IMG/VR virus record: IMGVR_UViG_3300023170_004399
Location: 128,001-192,000 of that record
DNA length: 64,000 bases
From: a virus
Lineage: Duplodnaviria; Caudoviricetes
Direction: 5' to 3' (one strand)
Shown here: positions 38,470 to 48,329 of the stretch, piece after piece
Layout of the letters: every line of letters begins with the position of its first letter
Numbering within the stretch: position 1 is the first letter of the stretch
Made by a program: the position numbers and the translations under genes
The notes under the pieces: model-generated
The model's database searches: none
The model's input: the letters and a program-made list of their open reading frames with translations, nothing else
What the model was told of the DNA's origin: nothing

Positions 38470-38634
38470 ATGTATTATCAAGTATATAATATTCACACTG
38501 GTCATGTTTTAATTACTTGTCCTGATATCGACTCTGCTTTTGCTTTTTTAGAAGAAATGCAAGATAACAATTTGGATATTAAACCTATAGAAAAGAAAGA
38601 CCACCCTCTTGCTTCACACCATTCATTTAGATAG
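38470..38634 (+). CDS. Small 54-aa protein missing from the ORF track
   Basis: AAAGGAG SD, ATG 38470, TAG 38632-38634; MYYQVYNIHTGHVLITCPDIDSAFAFLEEMQDNNLDIKPIEKKDHPLASHHSFR. Confidence 0.7.
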   Translation: MYYQVYNIHTGHVLITCPDIDSAFAFLEEMQDNNLDIKPIEKKDHPLASHHSFR

Positions 38635-38642
38635 GAGAAATT

Positions 38643-38864
38643 ATGCGTAACACTAAAATAAACCAACTAATCGGCTATTTTTGGACCGACTGTTATTTTA
38701 AAATTTCAGATTTAAAAAATCCAACAAAACAAGAAATAAATAAAATGTTTTGGTGTGTAACTGCAATATTAGGCCTAAGTAAAAATATAGATAATGATGC
38801 AGACACAATCCATAATGTATTAAAAGTTTCACGTGCATGGTCAGATATATGTGAAAAAATTTAG
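38643..38864 (+). CDS. Small hypothetical protein (73 aa)
   Basis: AGGAG SD overlapping the upstream stop. Confidence 0.7.
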   Translation: MRNTKINQLIGYFWTDCYFKISDLKNPTKQEINKMFWCVTAILGLSKNIDNDADTIHNVLKVSRAWSDICEKI

Positions 38865-38890
38865 ATAAATAATATTTTTTTTAGCAAATA

Positions 38891-38919
38891 TTGTAAATAA
38901 CTCAACAATCAATTATATT
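38891..38919 (+). promoter_or_regulatory. Sigma70-type (probable early) promoter TTGTAA-N17-TATATT
   Basis: -35 at 38891-38896, -10 at 38914-38919; flanks resemble the 38414 promoter. Confidence 0.7.
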
Positions 38920-38954
38920 ACTATTACTAACTTACTAAACAACTCGAGGTGCTT

Positions 38955-39998
38955 ATGACTATAAGAATGACAAATCAAGAACGTATTAATCACGCTGAAG
39001 AGCTTTTGGCTTATTACACTGCTGATAAATACATGGAACGCAAACATTGGAAAGTTATTAACTTTTTAAGAACAATCAAAAATTTGGCTCGAAAAAAACG
39101 TACGCCTACTCCAGGTCAACGTAAGTTTCTTGAGGATTTAATTGCACGTGGTACACCAGAAGTGGCTACTAATCCTGAGGCTGAAAAATACGAAGCATTT
39201 TTGCCATATATCAACAACGCTTTTCAGTTGAATGCTGCTAAGGATTTAATTTCTGCTGTGAAAAACAATGTCAACTTAAGTGAAAAACAGCGTGCATTCT
39301 TAGATAAAATTATTGGTAATGCAAAAGCTAATATGGAAAGCAAGCCATTAGTTTTAACTATAGAAAAACTTCCACAATTAGAATTGCTTAGCGAAGCCAT
39401 GGCATATGATGGAAACACTAATAATCATAGAAAAGCATTTTTGAAAAGAGAGCTTTCTATACGAGCATTAATGTGTAAATCATTAAAGCAATACTGTAAC
39501 TATACTGACGAACAAATAGTAGATGCTGTAAATATAGTTGTTAACAATTCAGTTAGTGTCAGTGATATTGTTCCGGAAGCTGAAGAGAATACAGACCTTT
39601 CTTTTATTGTTAATCATGTAGATGATTATCGCAGTAAAGGAAATATTGTACAGTTGTATGATAGAGATTGGGACGATGCATTTGAATTGTATAGCAAAAC
39701 AATAGCAGACATCAAAAAAGTAAAGGAAAACACGAGATTTGCTGTCGGGAACATGATACAATTTAAATCAAAGCACCTTGAAGGAAGACGTTCTTTTGTT
39801 AAAGGTTTATTAAGCAATTCAGATATTGAAATACAAGAAGGTGAAAACCCTATGTGTTTAATTGTAAATAGTCCTTATATCAAGTATGGTAATATACACT
39901 ATTACCAAAATGGTTTAGTTATTGATGTAATGATTGGCACAAAAGTTTACACATGTGGTTATCAGTATTTCAGTAGAGCAAAAATAAAGGGGTTTTAA
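38955..39998 (+). CDS. Hypothetical protein with a duplicated helical motif
   Basis: GAGGTG SD before ATG 38955; similar segments TPTPGQRKFLEDLI and NLSEKQRAFLDKII. Confidence 0.75.
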   Translation: MTIRMTNQERINHAEELLAYYTADKYMERKHWKVINFLRTIKNLARKKRTPTPGQRKFLEDLIARGTPEVATNPEAEKYEAFLPYINNAFQLNAAKDLISAVKNNVNLSEKQRAFLDKIIGNAKANMESKPLVLTIEKLPQLELLSEAMAYDGNTNNHRKAFLKRELSIRALMCKSLKQYCNYTDEQIVDAVNIVVNNSVSVSDIVPEAEENTDLSFIVNHVDDYRSKGNIVQLYDRDWDDAFELYSKTIADIKKVKENTRFAVGNMIQFKSKHLEGRRSFVKGLLSNSDIEIQEGENPMCLIVNSPYIKYGNIHYYQNGLVIDVMIGTKVYTCGYQYFSRAKIKGF

Positions 39999-40471
39999 TG
40001 ATAGATGCTAGTGAAGCAAATAAGGGCGACTTTTGTTGGTTTATAGAAAAAACAGGGAAAAAAAGTTGTGGCGAGATAATTAAGGTATATGAAATTGAGT
40101 ATGCCGTGCAAGTACTAACCTCTGAAGGCAAGCATCGTGTCATTTCAGAGGTTAATGCTTTTTGGGGCGAAAAAATTCCTAAGAAAAGTAAATTTCAAGA
40201 TCCATTACAATATATTTATAATAAGAGACTAGAGGAGGGAATTGATGAAGCCGAACTTAATAAAAGAATCAGTGAAATTCATAGCCGGAAAGAAGAACAA
40301 TCTAAAAATAACAGGAAAAAAAGAACTCGTAGAAGTAACAACAAAGTGTCTACTAGCGAGCAGAAGACTGTACGAAGCACTACATCAAGAAAACGTAACA
40401 CTAGCACAAGTAGAAAAACTAGTACAAGAAAAAAGAAAGGTGGCAGAAGAGTATCGAAAGATAACAAATAA
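39998..40471 (+). CDS. Hypothetical protein; N-terminal half SH3/Tudor-like, basic tail overlapping the next gene
   Basis: TAATG coupling; beta-rich first half; the last 75 codons are K/R/S/T-rich and overlap 40245-40487 in another frame. Confidence 0.6.
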   Translation: MIDASEANKGDFCWFIEKTGKKSCGEIIKVYEIEYAVQVLTSEGKHRVISEVNAFWGEKIPKKSKFQDPLQYIYNKRLEEGIDEAELNKRISEIHSRKEEQSKNNRKKRTRRSNNKVSTSEQKTVRSTTSRKRNTSTSRKTSTRKKKGGRRVSKDNK

Positions 40472-40487
40472 ATCTTGGCCTTTTTAA
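40245..40487 (+). CDS. Small hypothetical protein nested in the previous ORF
   Basis: Own SD GAGGAGG at 40232-40238 and ATATTTA at 40212-40218; protein-like composition. Confidence 0.7.
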   Translation: MKPNLIKESVKFIAGKKNNLKITGKKELVEVTTKCLLASRRLYEALHQENVTLAQVEKLVQEKRKVAEEYRKITNKSWPF

Positions 40488-40539
40488 CTAATTTTTTAAT
40501 TTGGTATAATTATAGGTAATATTAATCGGAGACCTATAT

Positions 40540-43500
40540 ATGCCGCCGCCACCGTCTGGAAATAATGATCAGGCACAATTAGATATACAGAATGCCATAT
40601 TAGCAGCTCTTCAAGCTCAAAACGAAGAGTTAAGGAAGATTGGTTCCGCTTTAGGACAAAATGCACAAACTTCTCAAAATATGGCAAATGCTGCTAATGC
40701 CGCCGCCAATGCAATGAATAATGCTGCTGGCGGTACATCTAATTTAACGCAAGCAGCAAATGATGCAGCCGATGCTGCTAATGGTGCAAAAATAAATTTC
40801 AATGATTTATCGCTTGAATTACAGGAAGCTGCCGATGAAGTTGAAAACTTAGAAAGCAAAACAAATAAATATTTGAAAACAGCTGCTGGCATGAATATGA
40901 TATACTCAATATTTAAAACTGCTGGCGGCATGATCGACGCAACTATATATGGTATTACTGCTAGTATAACCGGTTTTTTCGAGATTTTAAAAACTGGAAT
41001 GGGTGTAATAGATGGTGTAACACAGACATTTATTAACGCGGCAGCAGAATTAGATCAACTAGGTCAACAAATATTTGAGGCAAATGAAAACATCAGAGAA
41101 AGCTTTGGAGATCTTTCAAAGAACGAAGGTCTTGAAGTAAAAGAAATGTTTCATGAATTGAGAGAAAGTCAAGAAGTTTTAGGCAAATCTGGCAGATCTT
41201 TAATAAATACTATTGGTGAAATGCCAGCCCAGCTTGAATATGTAAATTCCTTAGCACAAGGATTAGGATCTTCTTTTCATAGTTTAACAGATTCTTTTAA
41301 AGGCAATGTTACTAGTATGATGGTGCTAGATAAAGGTGCCGGTTTAACTGCAGAGAATTTTAAATTTATGGCTCTATCAGCTGCAAAATCTGGCAAAGAC
41401 ATGTCAGAGTCTTTACAAGATGTAACTATATCATTAGCTGCTATGCAAAAAGATATGGGGATAAGTGCTAAGGTTGTTAAGGAAGCTTTAAGCGGGATGA
41501 TGAATGACACTAAAAACTTTGGTGATTTATCTGAGAAAGAATTAGTAGCAGTAGCTGGTTATACAACAAAGCTAGGTGCTGAAATGTCTGATCTGCAAGG
41601 TATAATGGCTCAGTTTGATACATTTGACTCTGCAGCAGAATCTGCGGGTAAATTATCTGAAGCATTTGGTATGAATGTTGATGTTATGAAAATGATGATG
41701 ACAGACAACCCTGCAGAAAGAATAGATGAATTACGTAGATCATTTGAAGCGGCGGGAAATTCTGTTGCAGACCTGGATAGACGTCAGTTAGATTATCTGG
41801 CAAATTCTACTGGTCAGAATATCGACAACATAAAGAAAATATTTAGTACTCCTTTAGATGAAATGAGTTTTGATGACTTCCAAAATAAATTAGAAGAAGC
41901 TACAAAGCCTATGACTATGGAAGAAGCCACAAATGAAATGGCTAAAAACATTAAAAAATTAACAAATGTATTTTTAACATTACAGAAAGGTTTAGGTGCA
42001 ATTGGTCAGTTTTTTCATGGTTTTACAACTATGATGGGATACATGCCGGAAGTAAGAAAAGTTATAAATTCTGTAAGAATGTTTTACAGAGTTTTCTTGA
42101 AGTCAGGTGCGAAATTTGCCGGATTAATAAATAAGGTTATTGCTCCGGGTGGTGCTTTATTTACAATGAGAAATTTGTTTGAAAGTATATTTGATGTCGG
42201 CCGTGCGCAAAAGTTTATGGATACTTTTCATGATTTATTTGAAGGCTTTTTCAATAATGTCATGATCGATCCTAGTTTAGCAATGAAAAGATTATTTCTT
42301 GGAATAATAGATGCTTTTAAAGAATTTACAGATGGTCAATTAAGTGCTAGCGGCGAGTTATTTAGCTATATGGAAAATATGCTTATAGGATTATTCCAGA
42401 TGATTGCTGATAATGCTGACAGTGTAATTGAAGAAGCTGCTACTAGTTTAAGTGGTATTCTAGAAGAAATATTTGACGGACTTAGTAATTCAGCAGCTAC
42501 TCATAATTCACTATTAGGTTCTATAGGTGCTGCTTTAACTAATGTTATTATGGCTTTGTATGAACACGTGTTCCCTGTAATGTTAGATTTATTTACTAGG
42601 ATATTTGATGCATTGTGGCCAATTTTACAACCATATCTTATGACAATGTTTGGAATATTTGTATTAAAGGTAATTGGAATAGTTTTAACAACAGCAATAA
42701 TGACTGGCGCTCTAAGCACAATGGTAAGTTTCTTTAAAGATTTAACTGGGGGCTTGTTTAAAAAATTAGGTCTTGGCGGCGGTGGTGATGGCGATGCCCC
42801 AGCAGAATCTAAAGGAATTTTAGAAAGTATTAAAGATGCCTTTACTAGTGTGCCTGATCTTTTAGAAACCCTGGTAGACGTAGGTGTATATATAAGGTCA
42901 ATGACTGCGAGAGATTGGATGAATTTAGGCGTAGGTATTATTGCATTAGCTGGATTATTTACTATAATAGGAACTGTGTTTTTAGCTGCTTTGGGTGTTG
43001 TAACTTTCATGGCTAAAAAAATGGTTGATTTTGGTGCAGCAATGAAAACAATGGCTTTACTTACAGCTGTTATGTTATTTAGCATACCAATGATTTTAGC
43101 ATCAGCTGCCCTAGGTGGTGTTATAATGGCAGCCGCAAATGCTACTGGTGGTATAGGAGCAGGAGTTATATTAGCCGCAATTGCTATTGGTGTACTAGTA
43201 ATAGCTGGTTTTTTAACCGGTTCTGCGTTAGCATTATTAGGCGCAATGGCAACTGTAGTAGCAGCTGCTGGTACTATAGACAAAGAAAAGGCAAAAGGTA
43301 TTTTTGATTTATTAAGCAGTTTTTTAAAGGGTATTGTTAGTCCATTTGCTACTATTATAGAAGCTTCTTCCGGAATTACTGGGTTACTTGCTGGATTGTT
43401 TGGTGTAAGCCCGATACAACAAGCAACCGGTTTTATACAAGATATTGTACAATTAATTATTGATAAAATTATTCCACAAATATTTACGCCATTGGCAAAA

Positions 43501-44514
43501 TTAACAATACCGGGAGGTGTTGATTTATTAAAAGCAAAAATAAGCGTAATTGCATCCGTAGCTGATCTGATAGCATCTTTAGGAAAAACATCTGCTTCTA
43601 TGGGGAAAGTTGCTGTGAGTGCTGGTCAAGGATATATATTTGACAACCCTAAAATAATGAAAGACATGATGGATAAAATGACAAAAGTTTTAAAAGTCAT
43701 AATACCGGGTGTCAAAAGTATAATATTTGAATTAAAAGATATGCTTAGTATAAAATTAGATGAAAATCAAACTAAGGCGATGCCCGCAATTGCACAAATC
43801 ATTGGAGCTGTTGCTAGTGTTACAGGCGCAGTAAGCAAACCACTGGGGATGCTGGGCAATTTAGACCCTTCAGTTTTCGAAAATCCTCAAAAAATTAAAC
43901 AGCTGTTTTCTGGAATAAGTGGTGTTTTAAAAAGTATGTTTGATGGTATGTCAAAAGAGTTACCAGGCTTAATAACAAAAATGGCAAACATGGTTGCTGG
44001 ATTAAAATTTCCAAAAGATGCTGACAAAAGCATGGCTGCTTTATCAAATATGATGGAAGCTGTGCACAAAATGATGATTGTTGCTAATGGTTTAAATCAA
44101 GAAGAAAAACTTCAAAATTTAAAAGATTTAGGTGGCAATTTAGATACAATAAGAACTAGCATAACTGATGTAACAAAATTTGCGCAAAAGGTAAAAGCTT
44201 CAGGTGATATAAAAACTATTCAAAGTGTAATAAAAGAAGTTGAATCTATAGAAACGTTACTAGAAAAATTGCCTGGGATAGATGCTGGTGCTGCTAAATT
44301 AAAACAAGTCGGAAATGCGTTGGCCTTTAATGGTGTAAAAACTGTGAAATTAGAAACAGCACCGCTACAGTTAAACTTAAAACTTAATGTTACAATGGAT
44401 GCTAAAGATGTTGCTGTTGGATTAATGGGTCCTGAACCTGATGGTTCGAAACCTTATTTTAAACCAAATGATGCATGGCGTGATTCACGTGGGCAACTAG
44501 AATTTATGGAGTAA
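40540..44514 (+). CDS. Tape measure protein
   Basis: 1324 aa, Ala/Gly/Met-rich and helical with hydrophobic mid-segments; downstream of tube and chaperone; GGAG SD; ATAATTA at 40506-40512. Confidence 0.8.
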   Translation: MPPPPSGNNDQAQLDIQNAILAALQAQNEELRKIGSALGQNAQTSQNMANAANAAANAMNNAAGGTSNLTQAANDAADAANGAKINFNDLSLELQEAADEVENLESKTNKYLKTAAGMNMIYSIFKTAGGMIDATIYGITASITGFFEILKTGMGVIDGVTQTFINAAAELDQLGQQIFEANENIRESFGDLSKNEGLEVKEMFHELRESQEVLGKSGRSLINTIGEMPAQLEYVNSLAQGLGSSFHSLTDSFKGNVTSMMVLDKGAGLTAENFKFMALSAAKSGKDMSESLQDVTISLAAMQKDMGISAKVVKEALSGMMNDTKNFGDLSEKELVAVAGYTTKLGAEMSDLQGIMAQFDTFDSAAESAGKLSEAFGMNVDVMKMMMTDNPAERIDELRRSFEAAGNSVADLDRRQLDYLANSTGQNIDNIKKIFSTPLDEMSFDDFQNKLEEATKPMTMEEATNEMAKNIKKLTNVFLTLQKGLGAIGQFFHGFTTMMGYMPEVRKVINSVRMFYRVFLKSGAKFAGLINKVIAPGGALFTMRNLFESIFDVGRAQKFMDTFHDLFEGFFNNVMIDPSLAMKRLFLGIIDAFKEFTDGQLSASGELFSYMENMLIGLFQMIADNADSVIEEAATSLSGILEEIFDGLSNSAATHNSLLGSIGAALTNVIMALYEHVFPVMLDLFTRIFDALWPILQPYLMTMFGIFVLKVIGIVLTTAIMTGALSTMVSFFKDLTGGLFKKLGLGGGGDGDAPAESKGILESIKDAFTSVPDLLETLVDVGVYIRSMTARDWMNLGVGIIALAGLFTIIGTVFLAALGVVTFMAKKMVDFGAAMKTMALLTAVMLFSIPMILASAALGGVIMAAANATGGIGAGVILAAIAIGVLVIAGFLTGSALALLGAMATVVAAAGTIDKEKAKGIFDLLSSFLKGIVSPFATIIEASSGITGLLAGLFGVSPIQQATGFIQDIVQLIIDKIIPQIFTPLAKLTIPGGVDLLKAKISVIASVADLIASLGKTSASMGKVAVSAGQGYIFDNPKIMKDMMDKMTKVLKVIIPGVKSIIFELKDMLSIKLDENQTKAMPAIAQIIGAVASVTGAVSKPLGMLGNLDPSVFENPQKIKQLFSGISGVLKSMFDGMSKELPGLITKMANMVAGLKFPKDADKSMAALSNMMEAVHKMMIVANGLNQEEKLQNLKDLGGNLDTIRTSITDVTKFAQKVKASGDIKTIQSVIKEVESIETLLEKLPGIDAGAAKLKQVGNALAFNGVKTVKLETAPLQLNLKLNVTMDAKDVAVGLMGPEPDGSKPYFKPNDAWRDSRGQLEFME

Positions 44515-44517
44515 AAT

Positions 44518-44763
44518 GTGAGTAATAAAATTAAAGACATGTTAATGGAAATAAAAATATTAAAAGATTTAATAGCAAAATTGCCAGAAGAAGAGAAAAA
44601 CTCAGTGCAAAGCGCAATTAATTCAATGACAGAACAGGCAATGCAGGAAGTAGAAGGTGTTTTAGCTAACATTGATGAAAATAGCTTGAACGAGTTTATC
44701 AATGAAGTTGGTAAAGTTAAATTTCAAGAAATAGTAAAAGGGAAAGAAGATGACGGGAAATAA
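44518..44763 (+). CDS. Small acidic helical hypothetical protein
   Basis: GGAG + GTG; fills the gap between two large tail genes. Confidence 0.6.
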   Translation: MSNKIKDMLMEIKILKDLIAKLPEEEKNSVQSAINSMTEQAMQEVEGVLANIDENSLNEFINEVGKVKFQEIVKGKEDDGK

Positions 44764-47700
44764 ACATGTCGGACACTTTATGCATCCCGATCAAACAGCA
44801 GAAGAAAAAGCAAAGTTTGACGACACGGATGTTAAACCTATACACAAGGCAACTATAGGTCAGTATTTAAAAGAGTTGTCAGAAAAAAATACGTATAAAG
44901 CATCTAGTCAAGATTTAGATGTTGAAAATGGTTATCCTGAAGCTTCGGAAAATAAATTTGAGGCACCTTCTCCGGATACTGTTAATGATACTTTTCTTGC
45001 TGAAATGAAAAGATTAGAATCAGATGCTGTAAGTTATTTTGAAAATTTATCAAATACTGCTACGTATGGAAAACATCCTGAAAACCGGTTTAACAGTTTG
45101 CAAAAAGGGGTGTATTCAAATGTTTCTGAAACAACAGGCAATGCTTATGATAATGTCAATAAAGGTGATTTAAGTAAAAACAATAATGCGTTATTAAGTC
45201 AAATTAGTAACAACCGTAGTGGGCAAACTAATTTAAATAATTTAAGCGGGTATGCACCCGGGCAGTTTAAAAACCGGTTTTCTGATTTAGACAATCTTGA
45301 TGACAAAGAAAGTTTAGTTAATATGACTGGTGGTTTAAATATAGCAGCTAGTTTAATGCTGGGCGCAACTGGAGATCGTGTAATAAAAAATGAACTGGAT
45401 CCAAACAGTGAAATAATTGCAGACTTTGAAGATGAAGCAATAAAAAATAATTTTAAGTTACCAATTAAAAATCTTTTTTTAGGTACTAGTGCTGATGCGC
45501 CTAACATACCCGCAGCGACTGCAAAAGTTGATTTGTCTAATTTAAAGCCAAAAGATGCAGCATCGTATTTTGAAAAAGAAAATATTAACTTTGTCAGTTA
45601 CACAAAAGACTCTTTTGGAAATTTAAATTCTTATTTTGAACCATTTGAAAATGATTTTAATCAGTCACTAGTTGGTCCTATGTTAAGAATTTCAATTATA
45701 TCTTTAATAGGTTGTGTTGTACAATCATTGAAAATTGCTTTGATATGTGAAGGTATATTAATAGCTAAAAATTTAACGTTAAAATTAGGTGGTATAAACC
45801 CAGATGATTTATACGTATCAAACTATTATGAACCTGGTATTAATTCATATGACAAAGGTGCAAGTAAATTAACTGGCGGAAAAATTGATTTATCATTAGA
45901 TAACTTAGAAGGTAACGGGTTTGGTGGAAAAATAGCCGATTTATTAAAAAAGATAGTTGCCAGTTTACCTGCTTTTATGTTAGATTATTTAAATATAAAA
46001 ATACCATACTATGTTATCAAAAATGCAAAATTGCAAAATAATAGAATTAAAGGTGCTGCTTTAACCTTAACAGCTTTTACACAGTCTGTAATTGTAGGCT
46101 TTATAAAATTTCTTATAGCTACAGTTAGAGATCTTGGAGGGAGCTCTGGTTTTTTTGCTGCAGTTTATAGAGGTGTTTTAAGATCAAACTTAGAGACGGC
46201 CAGAGATACTGGCTTCAATTTAAAACTATTGCCATATTTTAAAAAATTGAGAGATAGTAAGATTTTAGGTTTTTTAAGAATTATAAGTAGCATGGGCGAT
46301 ATTGCAGTGGCTGGTGGTTTTTATGGTAAAAATTTATTTTCTGAAAATTATGTAAAAGGCAACAATTTTTTACCATCTATTAGAGTTTCTCATATTAGAG
46401 ACAATTCTGGGAAAAATGTTTTGTCTAATTCATTATTGCCATCGATGTTACTATATAACCCTAGAGCTGATATGTTTCAAAGGGACAATATGGCAATGAT
46501 CGGTTTAACGACCAGGAAAGGTCAAACAGTTTCCGGCGAATTGCCAGTTTATATGGGAAACAATAAAAATAAACAAGGCACAGGTTATAGTGGGGTTACT
46601 GTCGAACATTATATTGACATCGAAGAAGTTAAGAATATTGAAAAAGCACTTGAAGCAGAATATATGCCTTTTTATTTTCATGATACAAGAACAAATGAAA
46701 TAGTAAGTTTTCATGCATTTTTAAACAGCTTGAGTGATAGCTACTCCGCAAATTATAATAGTCAAAAAGGTTTTGGTCGAATAGAAGGTACGCAAGTATA
46801 TAGCGACACAACAAGGTCTTTGTCATTTGATTTTACGGTTGTTGCATATTCTTCTTCTGACATGGATGAAATGTATGCTAAAATAAATAAGCTAACAACT
46901 TTAGTATATCCGCAATGGTCAAAAGGGACCACAGTTTTAACAGAAAATTTAGATGGTAAAGAAGGTGGAACAATATTTACACAGCCTTTTAGTCAAATAC
47001 CAACAGCTACTCCATTAGTCCGAGTGAGATTAGGAGACTTGATTAAAAATAATTATAGTAGAAAAGCTTTGGCTAAAATACATGGTGTAGAAGATGCAGC
47101 AAAACTTGAAATTACCCGCGGTGAAGAAAAACAAACAAAAATTCATCAAGAAAAACTAGTAAAATATTCTGAGTTTGTATCAGACAATGAATTATACGAT
47201 TTTATACAAAATGTCGGCAGCATAAATATTAATGAAGGCAGTGAAGAAGTAACTATGGAAGACTTCGAAGCAGTTGGGTATAAAACAAATTTAGATTCTT
47301 TACCAAAAGCCAATATAGTAATTAATAGTTTAGGTTTTGACCCAGTGCCAGATGTTGATACCTTTATCTGGTCTAAACCTGCAGTTTTTAATACATTTAC
47401 AACAGAATATGGAAATCAACCAGTAGTGCCTTTTGGATCTTGGAAACCAGATATAAATACACTGCGTTCACAATATCTGGCAGATCACTTTGGTAAACAC
47501 CTTAGAAAAAGTACGCGGATGAAATTGGTAGCAGCAAAAGTAGTTGATTGGGATACATGGTCTTTTGCGAATAAAAGTACAAAGGAAAACCCCACTTTCA
47601 GCATTGGTTTAATGTATACATTTGAGATATTAGGAGATGAAGATTACGCTCATCAATGGCATTACCCACAGGCCGGTTTAGGTGTCGCTGGTGTTGTCCC

Positions 47701-48319
47701 GCCTAAATATATTAGCATGTTATGTACTGGTTATGACAAGCTTTCAAAAAAACTGAGAGATAAACCTATAGGCTATTACATATCAAAGACAAAGAAAGAA
47801 CAAGAATTAATAGCAGTTAATACCACGCAGGAAGTTAATACAACAATTTCTTCTGCAGAGTTAGATGGTTTCAAAAAAATATTTAATGATCAAAACCCTA
47901 TTGTACGCTCTTTCGAAAGCACTATGTCAGAAGGTTTAGCTGGAGTAATTACATCGTTAACATTTGACTGGGGTATTAATACTGTGCCCTGGGATCTAGA
48001 AGCAGGGCAACGTGCTCCAACAATCTGTAAAGTAAGTTTATCGCTTAATCCTATTCACGACATTACGCCTGGTATTGATTACAATGGTGTTAACAGAGCG
48101 CCGATATATAAAGTTGGGGCTTCTTCAAATAGTTTGCATGGCGAATTTACAGAAACAAGTGATTATGGCAAAAGTTTAATTGACTCTGCAGAACGCGTAA
48201 GGAATTCTGCGTTGGATACTTTTGACGATACAAACGATTCTGATCAGCTTTTAGATGAATTAAATAAAAGTGACACTGAAACTATTTCATCAACCATTAG
48301 TAAAACTTCACCGATATAA
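44750..48319 (+). CDS. Baseplate/tube-initiator-type protein (gp48/gp54-like domain) with large extensions
   Basis: PFYFHDTRTNEIVSFHAFLNSLSDSYSANY...GFGR...YSDTTRSLSFDF...KINKLTTLVYPQW; PLVRVRLGDLI; late GVITSLTFDW...RAP. Confidence 0.6.
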   Translation: MTGNKHVGHFMHPDQTAEEKAKFDDTDVKPIHKATIGQYLKELSEKNTYKASSQDLDVENGYPEASENKFEAPSPDTVNDTFLAEMKRLESDAVSYFENLSNTATYGKHPENRFNSLQKGVYSNVSETTGNAYDNVNKGDLSKNNNALLSQISNNRSGQTNLNNLSGYAPGQFKNRFSDLDNLDDKESLVNMTGGLNIAASLMLGATGDRVIKNELDPNSEIIADFEDEAIKNNFKLPIKNLFLGTSADAPNIPAATAKVDLSNLKPKDAASYFEKENINFVSYTKDSFGNLNSYFEPFENDFNQSLVGPMLRISIISLIGCVVQSLKIALICEGILIAKNLTLKLGGINPDDLYVSNYYEPGINSYDKGASKLTGGKIDLSLDNLEGNGFGGKIADLLKKIVASLPAFMLDYLNIKIPYYVIKNAKLQNNRIKGAALTLTAFTQSVIVGFIKFLIATVRDLGGSSGFFAAVYRGVLRSNLETARDTGFNLKLLPYFKKLRDSKILGFLRIISSMGDIAVAGGFYGKNLFSENYVKGNNFLPSIRVSHIRDNSGKNVLSNSLLPSMLLYNPRADMFQRDNMAMIGLTTRKGQTVSGELPVYMGNNKNKQGTGYSGVTVEHYIDIEEVKNIEKALEAEYMPFYFHDTRTNEIVSFHAFLNSLSDSYSANYNSQKGFGRIEGTQVYSDTTRSLSFDFTVVAYSSSDMDEMYAKINKLTTLVYPQWSKGTTVLTENLDGKEGGTIFTQPFSQIPTATPLVRVRLGDLIKNNYSRKALAKIHGVEDAAKLEITRGEEKQTKIHQEKLVKYSEFVSDNELYDFIQNVGSININEGSEEVTMEDFEAVGYKTNLDSLPKANIVINSLGFDPVPDVDTFIWSKPAVFNTFTTEYGNQPVVPFGSWKPDINTLRSQYLADHFGKHLRKSTRMKLVAAKVVDWDTWSFANKSTKENPTFSIGLMYTFEILGDEDYAHQWHYPQAGLGVAGVVPPKYISMLCTGYDKLSKKLRDKPIGYYISKTKKEQELIAVNTTQEVNTTISSAELDGFKKIFNDQNPIVRSFESTMSEGLAGVITSLTFDWGINTVPWDLEAGQRAPTICKVSLSLNPIHDITPGIDYNGVNRAPIYKVGASSNSLHGEFTETSDYGKSLIDSAERVRNSALDTFDDTNDSDQLLDELNKSDTETISSTISKTSPI

Positions 48320-48329
48320 GGAATTATAA

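Noticed and set aside
42501-43283. 260-aa Ala/Ile/Pro-rich minus-strand ORF
   Set aside because: Antisense shadow of the hydrophobic part of the tape measure gene.
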